Shown: positions 1-9,965 of the stretch, piece by piece
Position numbering within the stretch: the stretch's first letter is position 1
Layout of the letters: the number at the start of each line of letters is the position of its first letter
From: Bacteroidales bacterium M6
GTDB taxonomy: Bacteria > Bacteroidota > Bacteroidia > Bacteroidales > Muribaculaceae
Reading direction: 5' to 3'
Assembly (NCBI GenBank): GCA_001689485.1
Contig: LUJQ01000003.1
Span: 34,677-98,676 of the forward strand
DNA length: 64,000 nucleotides
Position numbers and translations under genes: made by a program
The notes under the pieces: generated by a model
Told to the model about the DNA's origin: nothing
The model's database searches: none
The model's input: only the letters and a program-made list of their open reading frames with translations

Positions 1-120
1 GGCATCCCGCTTTACTTCTCACGCCTCTATTATGTGGCGTTGCTCGTGTTCCCGATTCTGGCCGCACTTGCGGCGCCGTTACTGCGCAGGGCTGTCCGCA
101 AACCTGTCTATGTGCCTTGA
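1..120 (+). CDS. C-terminal fragment of a membrane protein, probably an ABC-2 transporter permease (runs off the window)
   Basis: Frame 1 reads GIPLYFSRLYYVALLVFPILAALAAPLLRRAVRKPVYVP* (hydrophobic helix, basic tail) directly upstream of a full ABC-2 permease. Confidence 0.6.
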   Translation, partial: GIPLYFSRLYYVALLVFPILAALAAPLLRRAVRKPVYVP

Positions 121-180
121 CCACAGGCCACAGTCGGCATCAATCGAACAATCAATCCCAAACAAATTAAACAAGCAACA

Positions 181-1362
181 ATGAAGGGTGTCCTCAACGA
201 CATAAAGGAATGGTTTTTGGAAACGGCGAAGGTATTCCGCCGTGAATTCGGCATGGTGTTCAGGGACGCCGGGGTGATGCTGTTCTTTTTTGCCCTGCCA
301 TTGGCCTACCCTATCGTGTATGCCGCCATCTACAACCCCGAAGTCACACGCGAAATGCCTGTGGCGGTCGTCGATAACAGCCGAACCGCCGAAAGCCGTG
401 AGTTTGTGCGGCATGCCGACGCGACACAGGCGATAAAAATCTGCGGTTACGCCTCCGACCTGGCACAGGCCCGCAGATGGTGGGAGGAGAAAAAATGCTT
501 TGCCGTAATCGAGATTCCGAAAGATTTCTCGCAGAAAATCGGCCGTGGGGAGCAAGGGGTGGTTCAATTCTACAGCGATGTCAGCCTGCTGTTGCGCTAC
601 CGCACATTCCTGGAATCGATAACCGAATTGCAGATGGCCACTGACACACAGCTACGTGAACGCGCCCTCAACACATTGGGAGTTGCCCAGGCAGGTGAAG
701 GCTCAGGCATACAGACCGAAGCCTATTTCCTCGGCGACCCGCAACAGGGGTTTGCCTCGTTCATTCTTCCCGGCATCGTGGTGCTCATTCTCCAACAAAG
801 CCTGATACTGGGCGTTACAATGCTGGGCGGCACGTCGAACGACCGACGCCGACGCAATGGCGGCACCGACCCGTTGGCAATAACAGCCTCCCCGTCGGCC
901 ACCATAATCGGGAAAACACTCTGTTATGTGACACTCTATCTGCCACTGACCATCTATATACTGCATTACATCCCGCTGATGTTCGCGTTTCCCCATATCG
1001 GGGAAATACAGGATTATTTCCTGTTCATGCTCCCTATGCTCATATCATCGGCACTGCTGGGGCTGACATTGCAGTTCATGGTGTCGGAACGCGAAAGCGC
1101 GTTTATCGTGGTGGTGTTCACCTCGGTGGCATTCCTGTTCCTGTCGGGACTGACATGGCCGCGCTATGCCATGCAGCCACTATGGAAAATGCTGGGCGAC
1201 ATCATACCCGCGACATGGGGTATCGAAGGGTTTATCCGCATCAACAACAACGGCGCCCCATTGGCGTTGGAATCCACCCCTTACCGATGGTTGTGGTGGC
1301 TGTCGGCGGCATATTTCATCACCGCCTATCTCGTCACACGGTATAAGACCCGTCACGGTTAG
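181..1362 (+). CDS. ABC-2 type transporter permease (YbhR/YhhJ-like)
   Basis: 393 aa; N-terminal TM, PVAVVDNS periplasmic motif, several C-terminal TMs with FLFLSGLTWP and IPATWG. Confidence 0.85.
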   Translation: MKGVLNDIKEWFLETAKVFRREFGMVFRDAGVMLFFFALPLAYPIVYAAIYNPEVTREMPVAVVDNSRTAESREFVRHADATQAIKICGYASDLAQARRWWEEKKCFAVIEIPKDFSQKIGRGEQGVVQFYSDVSLLLRYRTFLESITELQMATDTQLRERALNTLGVAQAGEGSGIQTEAYFLGDPQQGFASFILPGIVVLILQQSLILGVTMLGGTSNDRRRRNGGTDPLAITASPSATIIGKTLCYVTLYLPLTIYILHYIPLMFAFPHIGEIQDYFLFMLPMLISSALLGLTLQFMVSERESAFIVVVFTSVAFLFLSGLTWPRYAMQPLWKMLGDIIPATWGIEGFIRINNNGAPLALESTPYRWLWWLSAAYFITAYLVTRYKTRHG

Positions 1363-1455
1363 GCGCCTGGACTTATATCGGCGTTCCGTATCAGCCGCAT
1401 ACAAATAATAGTTTGTAGCCAACATGGCATCACGGGATTGATACCTCAAAAAAAC

Positions 1456-1500
1456 ATCGCGGGTTCTGTTGACGTAATAGCAACAGAACCCGCGATTTTT
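1456..1500 (+). terminator. Intrinsic terminator, probably bidirectional
   Basis: 16-bp perfect inverted repeat ATCGCGGGTTCTGTTG/CAACAGAACCCGCGAT flanked by A-run and T-run. Confidence 0.75.
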
Positions 1501-1587
1501 ACGCCAAAATGTTAAATCGAGTTAAGCGCACGAAAATTCTTGCCCGAAAACTATGTTGTAAAACACAAAACCTATACCTTTGCATCA

Positions 1588-1652
1588 GTTTTTCATGGTA
1601 TTAGATTTAAGGTAAGAAGATTATTCGTCGGGATGACGAGTAATTTTTTTTT
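1588..1652 (+). ncRNA. Candidate small RNA
   Basis: TACCTTTG -7 promoter box at 1575-1582, then ~65 nt ending in hairpin ATTATTCGTC-GGGAT-GACGAGTAAT and a long T-run; no sizeable ORF; lies between convergent genes. Confidence 0.6.
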
Positions 1653-1689
1653 GTACCTTCCCGAAGGCATAATCGACATAAGATTGATG

Positions 1690-2547
1690 TCAATATTCAG
1701 AGAATAATGAAGGTTTGATTACGATGCCGATTCTGAACTGCGACACGTGCTGTTTATAGGCCAGCAACCCTTCCCCATAACCGTTGTAATATTGCGCAAA
1801 AAGATACTGGTTTGACTGGGTGGAGAACCTGTAGGCACCTTCGAGGATAATATTGTAATGGCTGAACGGGTTCCATGTACCCGCACGCCTTATGAGGTTC
1901 ACCGATGCCGATACCTTCCTGTTTGGCGACTGGATAGTCCATCCCACCTGGTAGATACCGCAATACTTCAGTATATCCCGGTTATTTACCCCATCGATTA
2001 TAGGAATCCAGAACTTTCCGTAAACCACGAAATTAGGGTCGACCATGATGCTGCCCCCAAGGGTAACCTTGTTCCACGACCTTGACTCCTCGCCGTCGCG
2101 ACCGTTGCTCTCATGCTCGAGCTGCAATGACAGCTTGCCTACGAAACGGTTCTTTATGAACAGGGGCTTTGCCAGCCCGACCCCCGGATTGAAATTGAGG
2201 TCGGTCATAGGCATGGAATTCTCCAACACGTTCCAAAACACTTTCTGGGTGTAGTAAAGATAGAGATACGTACCCCATGGCAAGGTGCTTTTCGTAAGCT
2301 TCTGCGCAATCGAAATCTGGAACTTTATATTGGTGTTCTGCCTGTCGGGCTTATGGCCTATCGGGGGCCCGAAAATGAAATAGTTGTCTTTATAAAGTCC
2401 GAAATAATAGTGTGTATCGGCAAATGCACGTTTGAGCGAATCAACATTAACATGCTCTCCGGGCAGATTTACAATCTGCGCCTTCGCAGGGGAAAAGCCA
2501 CAAAAAAAGGCCAATACGGCAAGCAACAGCATTAACTGCGATTTCAT
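1690..2547 (-). CDS. pldA: Outer-membrane phospholipase A (OMPLA)
   Basis: Signal peptide; KFQIS, catalytic HESNGRDG..SRSWN, YYNGYGEGL motifs. Confidence 0.9.
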   Translation of the reverse strand: MKSQLMLLLAVLAFFCGFSPAKAQIVNLPGEHVNVDSLKRAFADTHYYFGLYKDNYFIFGPPIGHKPDRQNTNIKFQISIAQKLTKSTLPWGTYLYLYYTQKVFWNVLENSMPMTDLNFNPGVGLAKPLFIKNRFVGKLSLQLEHESNGRDGEESRSWNKVTLGGSIMVDPNFVVYGKFWIPIIDGVNNRDILKYCGIYQVGWTIQSPNRKVSASVNLIRRAGTWNPFSHYNIILEGAYRFSTQSNQYLFAQYYNGYGEGLLAYKQHVSQFRIGIVIKPSLFSEY

Positions 2548-2791
2548 CGAAGAAAGTGAGGATTGGAAGTCATTCCGACTTCAAGTTGTACATCAACGTA
2601 AAGATTCATGCAAAGATAGATATTCTCGGCCTAACACACCGCCTTTGCAACCGCTATTTCATGCAAGTTTGGATGAAAAGATGGCATAAAATGCCTCAAA
2701 AAACGTAACTTTGCCGTTAATGACGCAATGAAGTGATTTAAACAACAGCGTCTTGGTTGATTTTCCCTTACCTATGGCTTCAGCAAATCAT

Positions 2792-3847
2792 ATGACAATC
2801 AGTGGCCGGATAAAGGCTTTTTCAATGATGCTATGCATGGCCGCCGTCATGGCCGCCCTTTCATCGTGCGGCAACGACGGCACATTCCGCATCAACGGGC
2901 AGATAGAAAATTACGGCACCGGCAACCTGCGTGTGGTGTATTACACCAACGGGGCGGTGCAGTCGGTGGTGGCTCCGGCCATCGACGGCAAATTCTCCAT
3001 GACGGGACGGCTCGACCGCCCTACCCTTGCCCGCATCTACACCGGTAACGGGGCCGTTGTGGGGAGGTTTACAGTCAAACCGGGTGAGACAATAGAGGCC
3101 GGATTCGATATAACCGACCCTACGGTGATGAAATTCAACGGTAACGACGATGCCGAACGGCTGGCAAAATTCATAACCGAAAACGCCGAATCCATCAAAA
3201 ACGGCGATATGGGAAGCCTTAACGACGCCATCGGGAAATATGTGCGCGATAATCCCAAACGCCTTGTGTCAGGCGTGCTTATGGCCGATTATTTCAACTT
3301 CCGGGGCAACGAACCTATCGCTACGGAACTAATCGGGCTGTTATCTGACGAAGTGGTCACGGCAACATCACTTCACGGGGTGCTTGACCTTACACGCCCC
3401 CTATCCGTCCCACTCGATTCACTGGCACTCGGGCCCTTCACGCTCTTCAGCACTGCCGACTCGCTGGCCGAAATCAACACGAAGTCAAAACCTCGCACAT
3501 TGCTGATGTTTCTCGACTCCCAGGCCAGGAAATCAGACTCCGTGAAGGCTGCCGTTTCAGCCCTGCTACCCCTTTCAAAAAACGGGCGGCTGATGATTGC
3601 CGACATATCCTGCGACCCCGATACCGCATCATGGCATAAAAGCATAAAGGAAAAAATTCCGGCTGATTCACTGAAGCAGGACGTCGGCAAACACATCGGG
3701 CGGTATTGGGCCCCGGCCCCGTTCAACATCAAAGGGTTGGAAAAGCTACCCATAGCGGCAGTGCCATGGTTTATAGCAGCCGATTCCTCAAGCCGCGTAC
3801 TTTATTGCGGCCCGTCAGTCACCACGGCACGCAACGCCGTGAAATAA
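2792..3847 (+). CDS. DUF4369-type lipoprotein with degenerate thioredoxin-like C-terminus
   Basis: Lipobox ALSSC, FRINGQI...IDGKFS N-terminus; TAACTTTG promoter at 2706-2713; start chosen from signal peptide length. Confidence 0.6.
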   Translation: MTISGRIKAFSMMLCMAAVMAALSSCGNDGTFRINGQIENYGTGNLRVVYYTNGAVQSVVAPAIDGKFSMTGRLDRPTLARIYTGNGAVVGRFTVKPGETIEAGFDITDPTVMKFNGNDDAERLAKFITENAESIKNGDMGSLNDAIGKYVRDNPKRLVSGVLMADYFNFRGNEPIATELIGLLSDEVVTATSLHGVLDLTRPLSVPLDSLALGPFTLFSTADSLAEINTKSKPRTLLMFLDSQARKSDSVKAAVSALLPLSKNGRLMIADISCDPDTASWHKSIKEKIPADSLKQDVGKHIGRYWAPAPFNIKGLEKLPIAAVPWFIAADSSSRVLYCGPSVTTARNAVK

Positions 3848-3859
3848 CCTTCCACCATC

Positions 3860-5401
3860 ATGCTCGTAAAAGCCTGCGGCGCAGCCCTGCAAGGGATTGA
3901 CGCCATACCAATCACCATCGAAGTCCTTGCCGGAAACGGCATACAGTTCATCATGGTCGGGCTGCCCGACACGGCAGTGAAAGAGAGCGCCGAACGCGTT
4001 ATCTCGGCTATAGGCCAAAGCGGGTATGAATTCCCACGTAAAAAAGTGGTGGTCAACATGGCGCCTGCCGATGTCCGTAAGGAAGGCTCGGCCTACGACC
4101 TCCCCATAGCCCTGGGTGTGCTCGCGGCCGACGGGCAGATCAGCGCCCCGCACCTGGGCGAATACCTTATAATGGGGGAATTGTCGCTCGACGGCACGCT
4201 GCTGCCCGTCAAAGGTGTGCTCCCTATGGCGATAATGGCGCGTGCCATGCACATGAAAGGGATGATTGTTCCTGAGGCCAACGCAACCGAAGGAGCGGTG
4301 GTCAACAATCTCGACGTCTATGGCATGCGCTCGCTCCGCGAAGTAACCGGGTTCCTCCAAGGGGCATCCACAGCCAGCCCCACTGTTGTAAACACCCGCG
4401 AGGAATTCGGGAAAGCCTGCCAGGTATCCGATTTCGATTTTGCCGATGTAAAAGGGCAGGAAAGCGTGAAACGGGCGTTCGAGGTGGCATGTGCCGGTGG
4501 GCATAACATACTGCTTGCTGGCCCTCCCGGCTCGGGCAAATCCATGATGGCAAAACGGCTGCCGTCGATACTCCCACCCCTGTCGCTCGGCGAGGCTCTC
4601 GAAACCACCAAAATCCACTCCGTTGCCGGAAAGCTTAAAAGCGGGTCTACACTTATGACGACCCGCCCGTTCAGGGCGCCACACCACACCATTTCGCCGG
4701 TAGCCCTCGTAGGGGGAGGCGCCAACCCCATGCCGGGTGAAATATCGCTGGCTCACAACGGGGTGCTGTTTCTCGACGAATTCCCGGAATTTTCCCGTTC
4801 GGTGCTTGAAGTGATGCGCCAGCCGCTAGAGGACAGGCATATCAACATATCACGTGCTAAATATTCAATCGACTACCCCGCAGGTTTCATGCTCGTAGCC
4901 TCGATGAATCCCTGCCCCTGCGGCTTCTACAACCACCCCACCAAGGAATGCACCTGCTCCCAAATCCAGGTGCAACGCTATCTCAGCCGCATCTCAGGCC
5001 CGCTGCTCGACCGTATCGACCTACAGGTGGAAATCATGCCGGTGCCATTTAAGGAATTGCAAACAATGCAACCCGGCGAGACATCAGCCGCTATCCGCGC
5101 ACGCGTGATGCGTGCCCGCGAAATCCAGGCCATGCGCTTCAGCGATGAAAACCATATCCACTGCAACGCACAGATGACACCACGCATGCTCTCACGCTGG
5201 GCGCGCCCCACACCCGAAGCGATGGGCATTCTCGAACATGCAATGCTGAAATTCGACATGAGCGCACGCGCCTACGACCGCATCCTCAAAGTTGCCCGCA
5301 CCATAGCCGACCTCGACGAATCAGCAACCATCGGCGCCCCCCACATCAGCGAGGCAGTTTCCTACCGCACCCTCGACCGCTCCTCCTGGGGTCTTAAATA
5401 A
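3860..5401 (+). CDS. comM: YifB/ComM family Mg-chelatase-like AAA+ ATPase
   Basis: VGLPDTAVKES, KEGSAYDLPIA, GPPGSGKS, PFRAPHHT, GVLFLDEF, MNPCPCG, SGPLLDRID. Confidence 0.95.
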   Translation: MLVKACGAALQGIDAIPITIEVLAGNGIQFIMVGLPDTAVKESAERVISAIGQSGYEFPRKKVVVNMAPADVRKEGSAYDLPIALGVLAADGQISAPHLGEYLIMGELSLDGTLLPVKGVLPMAIMARAMHMKGMIVPEANATEGAVVNNLDVYGMRSLREVTGFLQGASTASPTVVNTREEFGKACQVSDFDFADVKGQESVKRAFEVACAGGHNILLAGPPGSGKSMMAKRLPSILPPLSLGEALETTKIHSVAGKLKSGSTLMTTRPFRAPHHTISPVALVGGGANPMPGEISLAHNGVLFLDEFPEFSRSVLEVMRQPLEDRHINISRAKYSIDYPAGFMLVASMNPCPCGFYNHPTKECTCSQIQVQRYLSRISGPLLDRIDLQVEIMPVPFKELQTMQPGETSAAIRARVMRAREIQAMRFSDENHIHCNAQMTPRMLSRWARPTPEAMGILEHAMLKFDMSARAYDRILKVARTIADLDESATIGAPHISEAVSYRTLDRSSWGLK

Positions 5402-5416
5402 TCCCCGGCCGGTACA

Positions 5417-5442
5417 GTTATCGGGCAAGCTTGCCCGATAAC
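5417..5442. repeat. Perfect 26-bp palindrome, REP-like
   Basis: GTTATCGGGCAAGCTTGCCCGATAAC equals its own reverse complement; no T-tail; 70 bp upstream of an HUH transposase-like gene. Confidence 0.7.
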
Positions 5443-5512
5443 CCCACTACCCCGAATCCCATCAACCCTCCTCTACACCCATCACCTCAAATTTCTAATC
5501 ACCCCTCCTCCC

Positions 5513-6499
5513 ATGCCTCCCCCTCCAACCAGACCGGCCTATTTCAAACCGGTTATCCATAACCAGCTGCGGCGTGCCAGATGGCACGACTACCACAGCC
5601 GCTGCATATATATGGTCACCATCACCCTTGCCAGCGGCGCCCCGCCTCTTGGTTATCTGCAAAATGCCGACAACCCGGCTTCGGCATTTATAAAACCCAC
5701 AATCGAAGGCACAATAGTCAGCAATGAAATAATTGCAACCCCTGCCCACCATCCTTTGGTCAAAATCCTCTCCTTCGTCATAATGCCTGACCATATCCAT
5801 ATACTTCTATTTGTAACCGCCACAATAAAAAAGCCTTTAGGTTCCATTATCCAATCGCTAAAAGCTTCCTCAACCGCCAAAATCAGAAAAGCGACACAAA
5901 CCGCCCGCCATATATTTGCAGAAGGCTTCCATGACAGAATCCTCTCCCGCAACGGCCAACTCGAAATTTTATACCGTTATATTGCCGACAATCCCCGCCG
6001 ACTGGCCATAAAACGCAAGCTCCCCGACCTGTTTCGAAAATACCTGCACCTACGCATAGGGAACGAGGAATATGCCGCATATGGCAATATTTTCCTCCTG
6101 CGCGATTTTGACAAGGAAGCCGTAGCCATACACCGCTCATGGAGCACATCGGAACGAACCTCACACGAGCGTCGATGGCTGGCATGCGCATCAAACGGCG
6201 GGGTGCTTGTGTCGCCGTTCATAAGCCGGGATGAAAAAGCCTTGCGTGAACGAGCCATCGAACATGGTGCACGCATAATACAATTGAGGGCTGAAGGATT
6301 CCCCGGCCGGTTCAAACCAACAGGACGCGACTTCGGATTATGCGAGTCAGGGCGCCTGCTGTTGCTGGCACCATGGCCGGATAATTCAAGCCGCTTAACA
6401 ATGAACCGGGATACTGCGCTGACCCTCAACCGACTGGCAAACGGCATAGCCGCAGGCCGGACGGATAACGCGGTTATTTTACCGGGACGGTATCGGTGA
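5513..6499 (+). CDS. RAYT/IS200-like Y1 HUH transposase fused to a DprA/Smf-like domain
   Basis: WHDYHSRCIYMVT, VIMPDHIHILL (HUH), FHDRIL and YIADNP (catalytic Tyr); C-terminal YGNIFLL...VLVSPFIS...LNRLA resembles the DprA Rossmann domain. Confidence 0.7.
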   Translation: MPPPPTRPAYFKPVIHNQLRRARWHDYHSRCIYMVTITLASGAPPLGYLQNADNPASAFIKPTIEGTIVSNEIIATPAHHPLVKILSFVIMPDHIHILLFVTATIKKPLGSIIQSLKASSTAKIRKATQTARHIFAEGFHDRILSRNGQLEILYRYIADNPRRLAIKRKLPDLFRKYLHLRIGNEEYAAYGNIFLLRDFDKEAVAIHRSWSTSERTSHERRWLACASNGGVLVSPFISRDEKALRERAIEHGARIIQLRAEGFPGRFKPTGRDFGLCESGRLLLLAPWPDNSSRLTMNRDTALTLNRLANGIAAGRTDNAVILPGRYR

Positions 6500-7565
6500 A
6501 GCCGAGTTCGTGACGGAGGGGATAGTTGTTGCGGAGCTGTTCGAAAACAGCGGGGTTAAAGGTTGATTTAAGGAGGTCGGAATCCACCAGAGGGTTATAG
6601 GAGGCAAGGATGGAACCGGGAGTGAGAACGGTATTTTTGTCATACCGCCCGATAACCGGACACTCAGAGGCGGGAGAAACGGGTTTCTGGGAACCGGGTT
6701 GGCCGAAATGGCGGAGTGCTGCCGAAACCACTGCGGCGGTGGCGCGGCGCTTCCCTTCCACCGAGTAGCCAGCTATATGCGGGGTGGCAATATCGGCAAG
6801 GCGCAATAGCTCGCGATTTATGGCCGGTTCCCCCTCCCAGCAGTCAATCACGCATGCGGATAGCCGCCGTGCGCTGATGGCGCTTAAAACCGCCTCTGTG
6901 TCGACGATAGGCCCACGCGCGGCATTAATGAAAACAGGCGTACGCTTCAACGAGCTGAAAAAATGCCTGTCGGCAAGATGATGCGTGGCATCGCGGCCGG
7001 TTTTGGTGTGCGGCGTGTGTATGGTGATTATATCGCATTTTTCCGCTATCTCGGAAAGGGTTACAAACGGCTCGCTGCCGCTTGCGAATGGCCCGGCAGG
7101 ATTCCACCCGCCATCCCTGCGCTGACGCGGAGGGTCGCATGCCAGCACTTTCACCCCAAGCCTGCGTGCCCAATCGGCAACTATCGAGCCTACATGCCCC
7201 AGCCCTACTATTCCCAGGGTCAGCCCCTGCCAGTCATCCCGCCTGAGGGTGAAAACCGAAGCCCACACATATTGCGCCACCGCCGGGGCATTGCATCCGG
7301 GGGCTGAAACCACCTCGATACCATTATCGCGGCAATATCCGAGGTCGATATGGTCGGTGCCGATAGTGGCCGTGGCAACGAAACGCACCCGCGACCCATC
7401 CAACAGCGCGGCATCACAACGTGTGCGTGTGCGCACAATCAATGCATCGGCATCACGCACAGCTTCAGGGGTTATCCCTTCCGGGGGGAGGAAAGTCGTG
7501 TCGGCCACCCCGGCAAAAGCATTGCCTACATAGGGGATATGCGATTCGATTACAATCTTCGGCAT
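6474..7565 (-). CDS. pdxB: 4-phosphoerythronate dehydrogenase
   Basis: ATATIGTDHID, APGCNAPAVAQY, GLGHVG, INAARG, ATPHIAGYS. Confidence 0.92.
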   Translation of the reverse strand: MPKIVIESHIPYVGNAFAGVADTTFLPPEGITPEAVRDADALIVRTRTRCDAALLDGSRVRFVATATIGTDHIDLGYCRDNGIEVVSAPGCNAPAVAQYVWASVFTLRRDDWQGLTLGIVGLGHVGSIVADWARRLGVKVLACDPPRQRRDGGWNPAGPFASGSEPFVTLSEIAEKCDIITIHTPHTKTGRDATHHLADRHFFSSLKRTPVFINAARGPIVDTEAVLSAISARRLSACVIDCWEGEPAINRELLRLADIATPHIAGYSVEGKRRATAAVVSAALRHFGQPGSQKPVSPASECPVIGRYDKNTVLTPGSILASYNPLVDSDLLKSTFNPAVFEQLRNNYPLRHELGFTDTVPVK

Positions 7566-7598
7566 GACGATAAATAAATTGAGACCGGGCTATGCCGC

Positions 7599-8579
7599 TC
7601 ATGCCACCGCCCATGCATACAACCCGGCATAGCACCCGATAAGGAGAACAATGGCTATATAGCTGCGGCGATGACGGCGATAGGTGAAGAAATGCCCCAC
7701 CTGATAGGCCGCCAGGCAGTTGAGCAACGGGATATAGAACGTGAAATTATTGAAATCAAGTAAGGTGAATGCTGCCGTGGCTATGAATGCCGTGGTCAGG
7801 AAGCCGTTATAGGCGCGCACGCGCGAATTGTAACTGAGGATTTTCAGAATATTCGCAATAGTGAAGCATACACCTACAAGGATTGTAAAGCCGGTGGTGG
7901 CAAAAGCCTGTACCGCCTCACGGGTATCGAACACCGACCAGGCCACAACCATTTCAGGCCACTGGAGGTTTTCTGGACGCACCAACCCCGACCCGAACAG
8001 AATCCAGGCAGGCGTAATCATCCCCAACAGGGCTGCCAGGCAGGTGCGCAGTGTGAATATCCTCATCTGCATGCATCCCAGCAGCAATACAGGGATATAG
8101 AAAAGATAACCTGTCTGGGTGAAAGCGCATGCACCGGCCAGGACAAATACAAGGAACACACGCCGCTGCCCGTTCTCATTACCGAACTCCGAAAACAGGA
8201 GCATGGTGCAGAACAGTATGACCAGCAAAAGCAACGTGCCGCCGTAGAACTGCCCCAAAGTGGTAGGCGAGGCAATCTGCATGGCCATAAACATTGTGGC
8301 CACAAGCGCCGTAAGGCTGCGCAACACGTTAAACGCCCGGTTGATATAAACGGTCAATAACGCTGCAAACACATTGGCCGACAGGTTCACTACAGCCGAC
8401 ACCCAGTTGAAATCCAGCCACATATTGGCCGATGGCAATCCCAGGCCGAGATTGCCGTCGATATGCGCCACAGCCCCCTTCTCCCAGGCTATAGCACAAC
8501 TTACACAGGCCAAGAAGGTAATCAGTATGGTTGAACCCTTCGTATGCAGAAAAGCCGTTATGTGGCGGTCACGCAGCAT
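7599..8579 (-). CDS. Multi-pass membrane protein (DUF6427-like)
   Basis: 326 aa with about 9 hydrophobic segments; co-oriented with purD. Confidence 0.6.
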   Translation of the reverse strand: MLRDRHITAFLHTKGSTILITFLACVSCAIAWEKGAVAHIDGNLGLGLPSANMWLDFNWVSAVVNLSANVFAALLTVYINRAFNVLRSLTALVATMFMAMQIASPTTLGQFYGGTLLLLVILFCTMLLFSEFGNENGQRRVFLVFVLAGACAFTQTGYLFYIPVLLLGCMQMRIFTLRTCLAALLGMITPAWILFGSGLVRPENLQWPEMVVAWSVFDTREAVQAFATTGFTILVGVCFTIANILKILSYNSRVRAYNGFLTTAFIATAAFTLLDFNNFTFYIPLLNCLAAYQVGHFFTYRRHRRSYIAIVLLIGCYAGLYAWAVA

Positions 8580-8625
8580 GGTCTATCTACCGGCAATTAT
8601 TTAGAACCCAGATATAGCGCCGGTA

Positions 8626-9897
8626 TCAGCCAAGAAGGTCTCGGCCGATGTCGCGGCGGAAATATTTGCCTTCGAACCCTACGGCAAGGGCTGAACGGAA
8701 ACTGCGTTCGAGCGCCGACGGTATATCTTCACCATACGAGCTGGCAGCAATCACACGGCCTCCCGAAGTGACAAGCTCACCATCCTTCCGCGCCGTACCG
8801 GCATGGAACAGGATGGATTCCGTAACGGTTTCAGCGCCTGTTATAACTTTCCCTTTGGGATAGGAACCGGGATATCCACCCGATACCAACATCACGGTAA
8901 CTGCAGTGCGAGGGTCGATTTCCAGAGGCAGCTCACCGAGGTCGCCCTTGGCCGAGGCCACAAGCAACGGCACCAGGTCGGAAGCTATGCGGAGCATAAC
9001 CACTTCTGTTTCGGGGTCGCCCATACGCACATTGTATTCTATCACCATCGGTTCCCCCCCGACATTGATAAGGCCGAGGAAAATAAAGCCGCGATAGTCA
9101 ATGCCACGGCGCAAAAGCCCGTCGACAGTGGGACGCACTATGCGCTCCTCAACCTTCGCCATAAAGGCAGCGTCGGCAAACGGCACGGGGCTTACAGCAC
9201 CCATACCGCCGGTATTAAGCCCGGTGTCGCCTTCGCCTATACGCTTGTAATCCTTTGCAACGGGAAGGATGCGGTAGCCCCCGTGCCCGTCGGTAAGCAC
9301 GAACACAGAGCACTCTATCCCTTTCAGGAACTCTTCAATCACCACTGTGGCCGAAGAAGCGCCGAACATGCCCGAAAGCATCTCTTTCAGTTCATGGCGT
9401 GCCTCATCCAAAGTGTCGAGAATCAGGACACCCTTCCCGGCGGCAAGTCCGTCGGCCTTGAGGACATAAGGGGGATTCAGTGCCTCAAGGAAACGGTATC
9501 CCTCCTCAAGGGTCTCAAGGGTGAAACTGCGGTAGCGGGCGGTGGGGATATTGTTATCCACCATAAACTGTTTTGCAAAATCCTTGCTCCCTTCAAGCAT
9601 GGCACCGGCCTTTTCCGGCCCTACCACAAGCAATGCGGGGTTGTTGGCCCTGAAATAATCGGTGACACCGGCAACCAACGGATCCTCGTTGCCGACAACG
9701 AGCAGTTCCACATGGTTCTCGGCTACGAATTTTTCAATGGCGGGGAAATCGAGCGGCGAAAGCCCTACGTTTTCACCATAAGCATCAGTGCCGCCGTTGC
9801 CCGGGGCAATAAAGAGTTTGTCAGTTAGAGGGCTTTGCGACATTTTCCAGGCCAGTGCCGATTCGCGGCCACCCGAGCCTAACAGAAGGATATTCAT
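8626..9897 (-). CDS. purD: Phosphoribosylamine--glycine ligase
   Basis: [45 protein letters not shown]. Confidence 0.97.
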   Translation of the reverse strand: MNILLLGSGGRESALAWKMSQSPLTDKLFIAPGNGGTDAYGENVGLSPLDFPAIEKFVAENHVELLVVGNEDPLVAGVTDYFRANNPALLVVGPEKAGAMLEGSKDFAKQFMVDNNIPTARYRSFTLETLEEGYRFLEALNPPYVLKADGLAAGKGVLILDTLDEARHELKEMLSGMFGASSATVVIEEFLKGIECSVFVLTDGHGGYRILPVAKDYKRIGEGDTGLNTGGMGAVSPVPFADAAFMAKVEERIVRPTVDGLLRRGIDYRGFIFLGLINVGGEPMVIEYNVRMGDPETEVVMLRIASDLVPLLVASAKGDLGELPLEIDPRTAVTVMLVSGGYPGSYPKGKVITGAETVTESILFHAGTARKDGELVTSGGRVIAASSYGEDIPSALERSFRSALAVGFEGKYFRRDIGRDLLG

Positions 9898-9965
9898 TGC
9901 AGGAATTTAATAATTGAAAAGTCAGGTATTGTTACAGTGGGAACTCAGCGTGGAAGGCGCGACCG

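Noticed and set aside
8803..9828. 341-aa ORF antisense to purD, and similar shadows such as 3815-4756, 21377-22090, 46339-47133 and 56604-57323
   Set aside because: Fully overlap well-supported genes, have no recognisable motifs and are expected from codon bias
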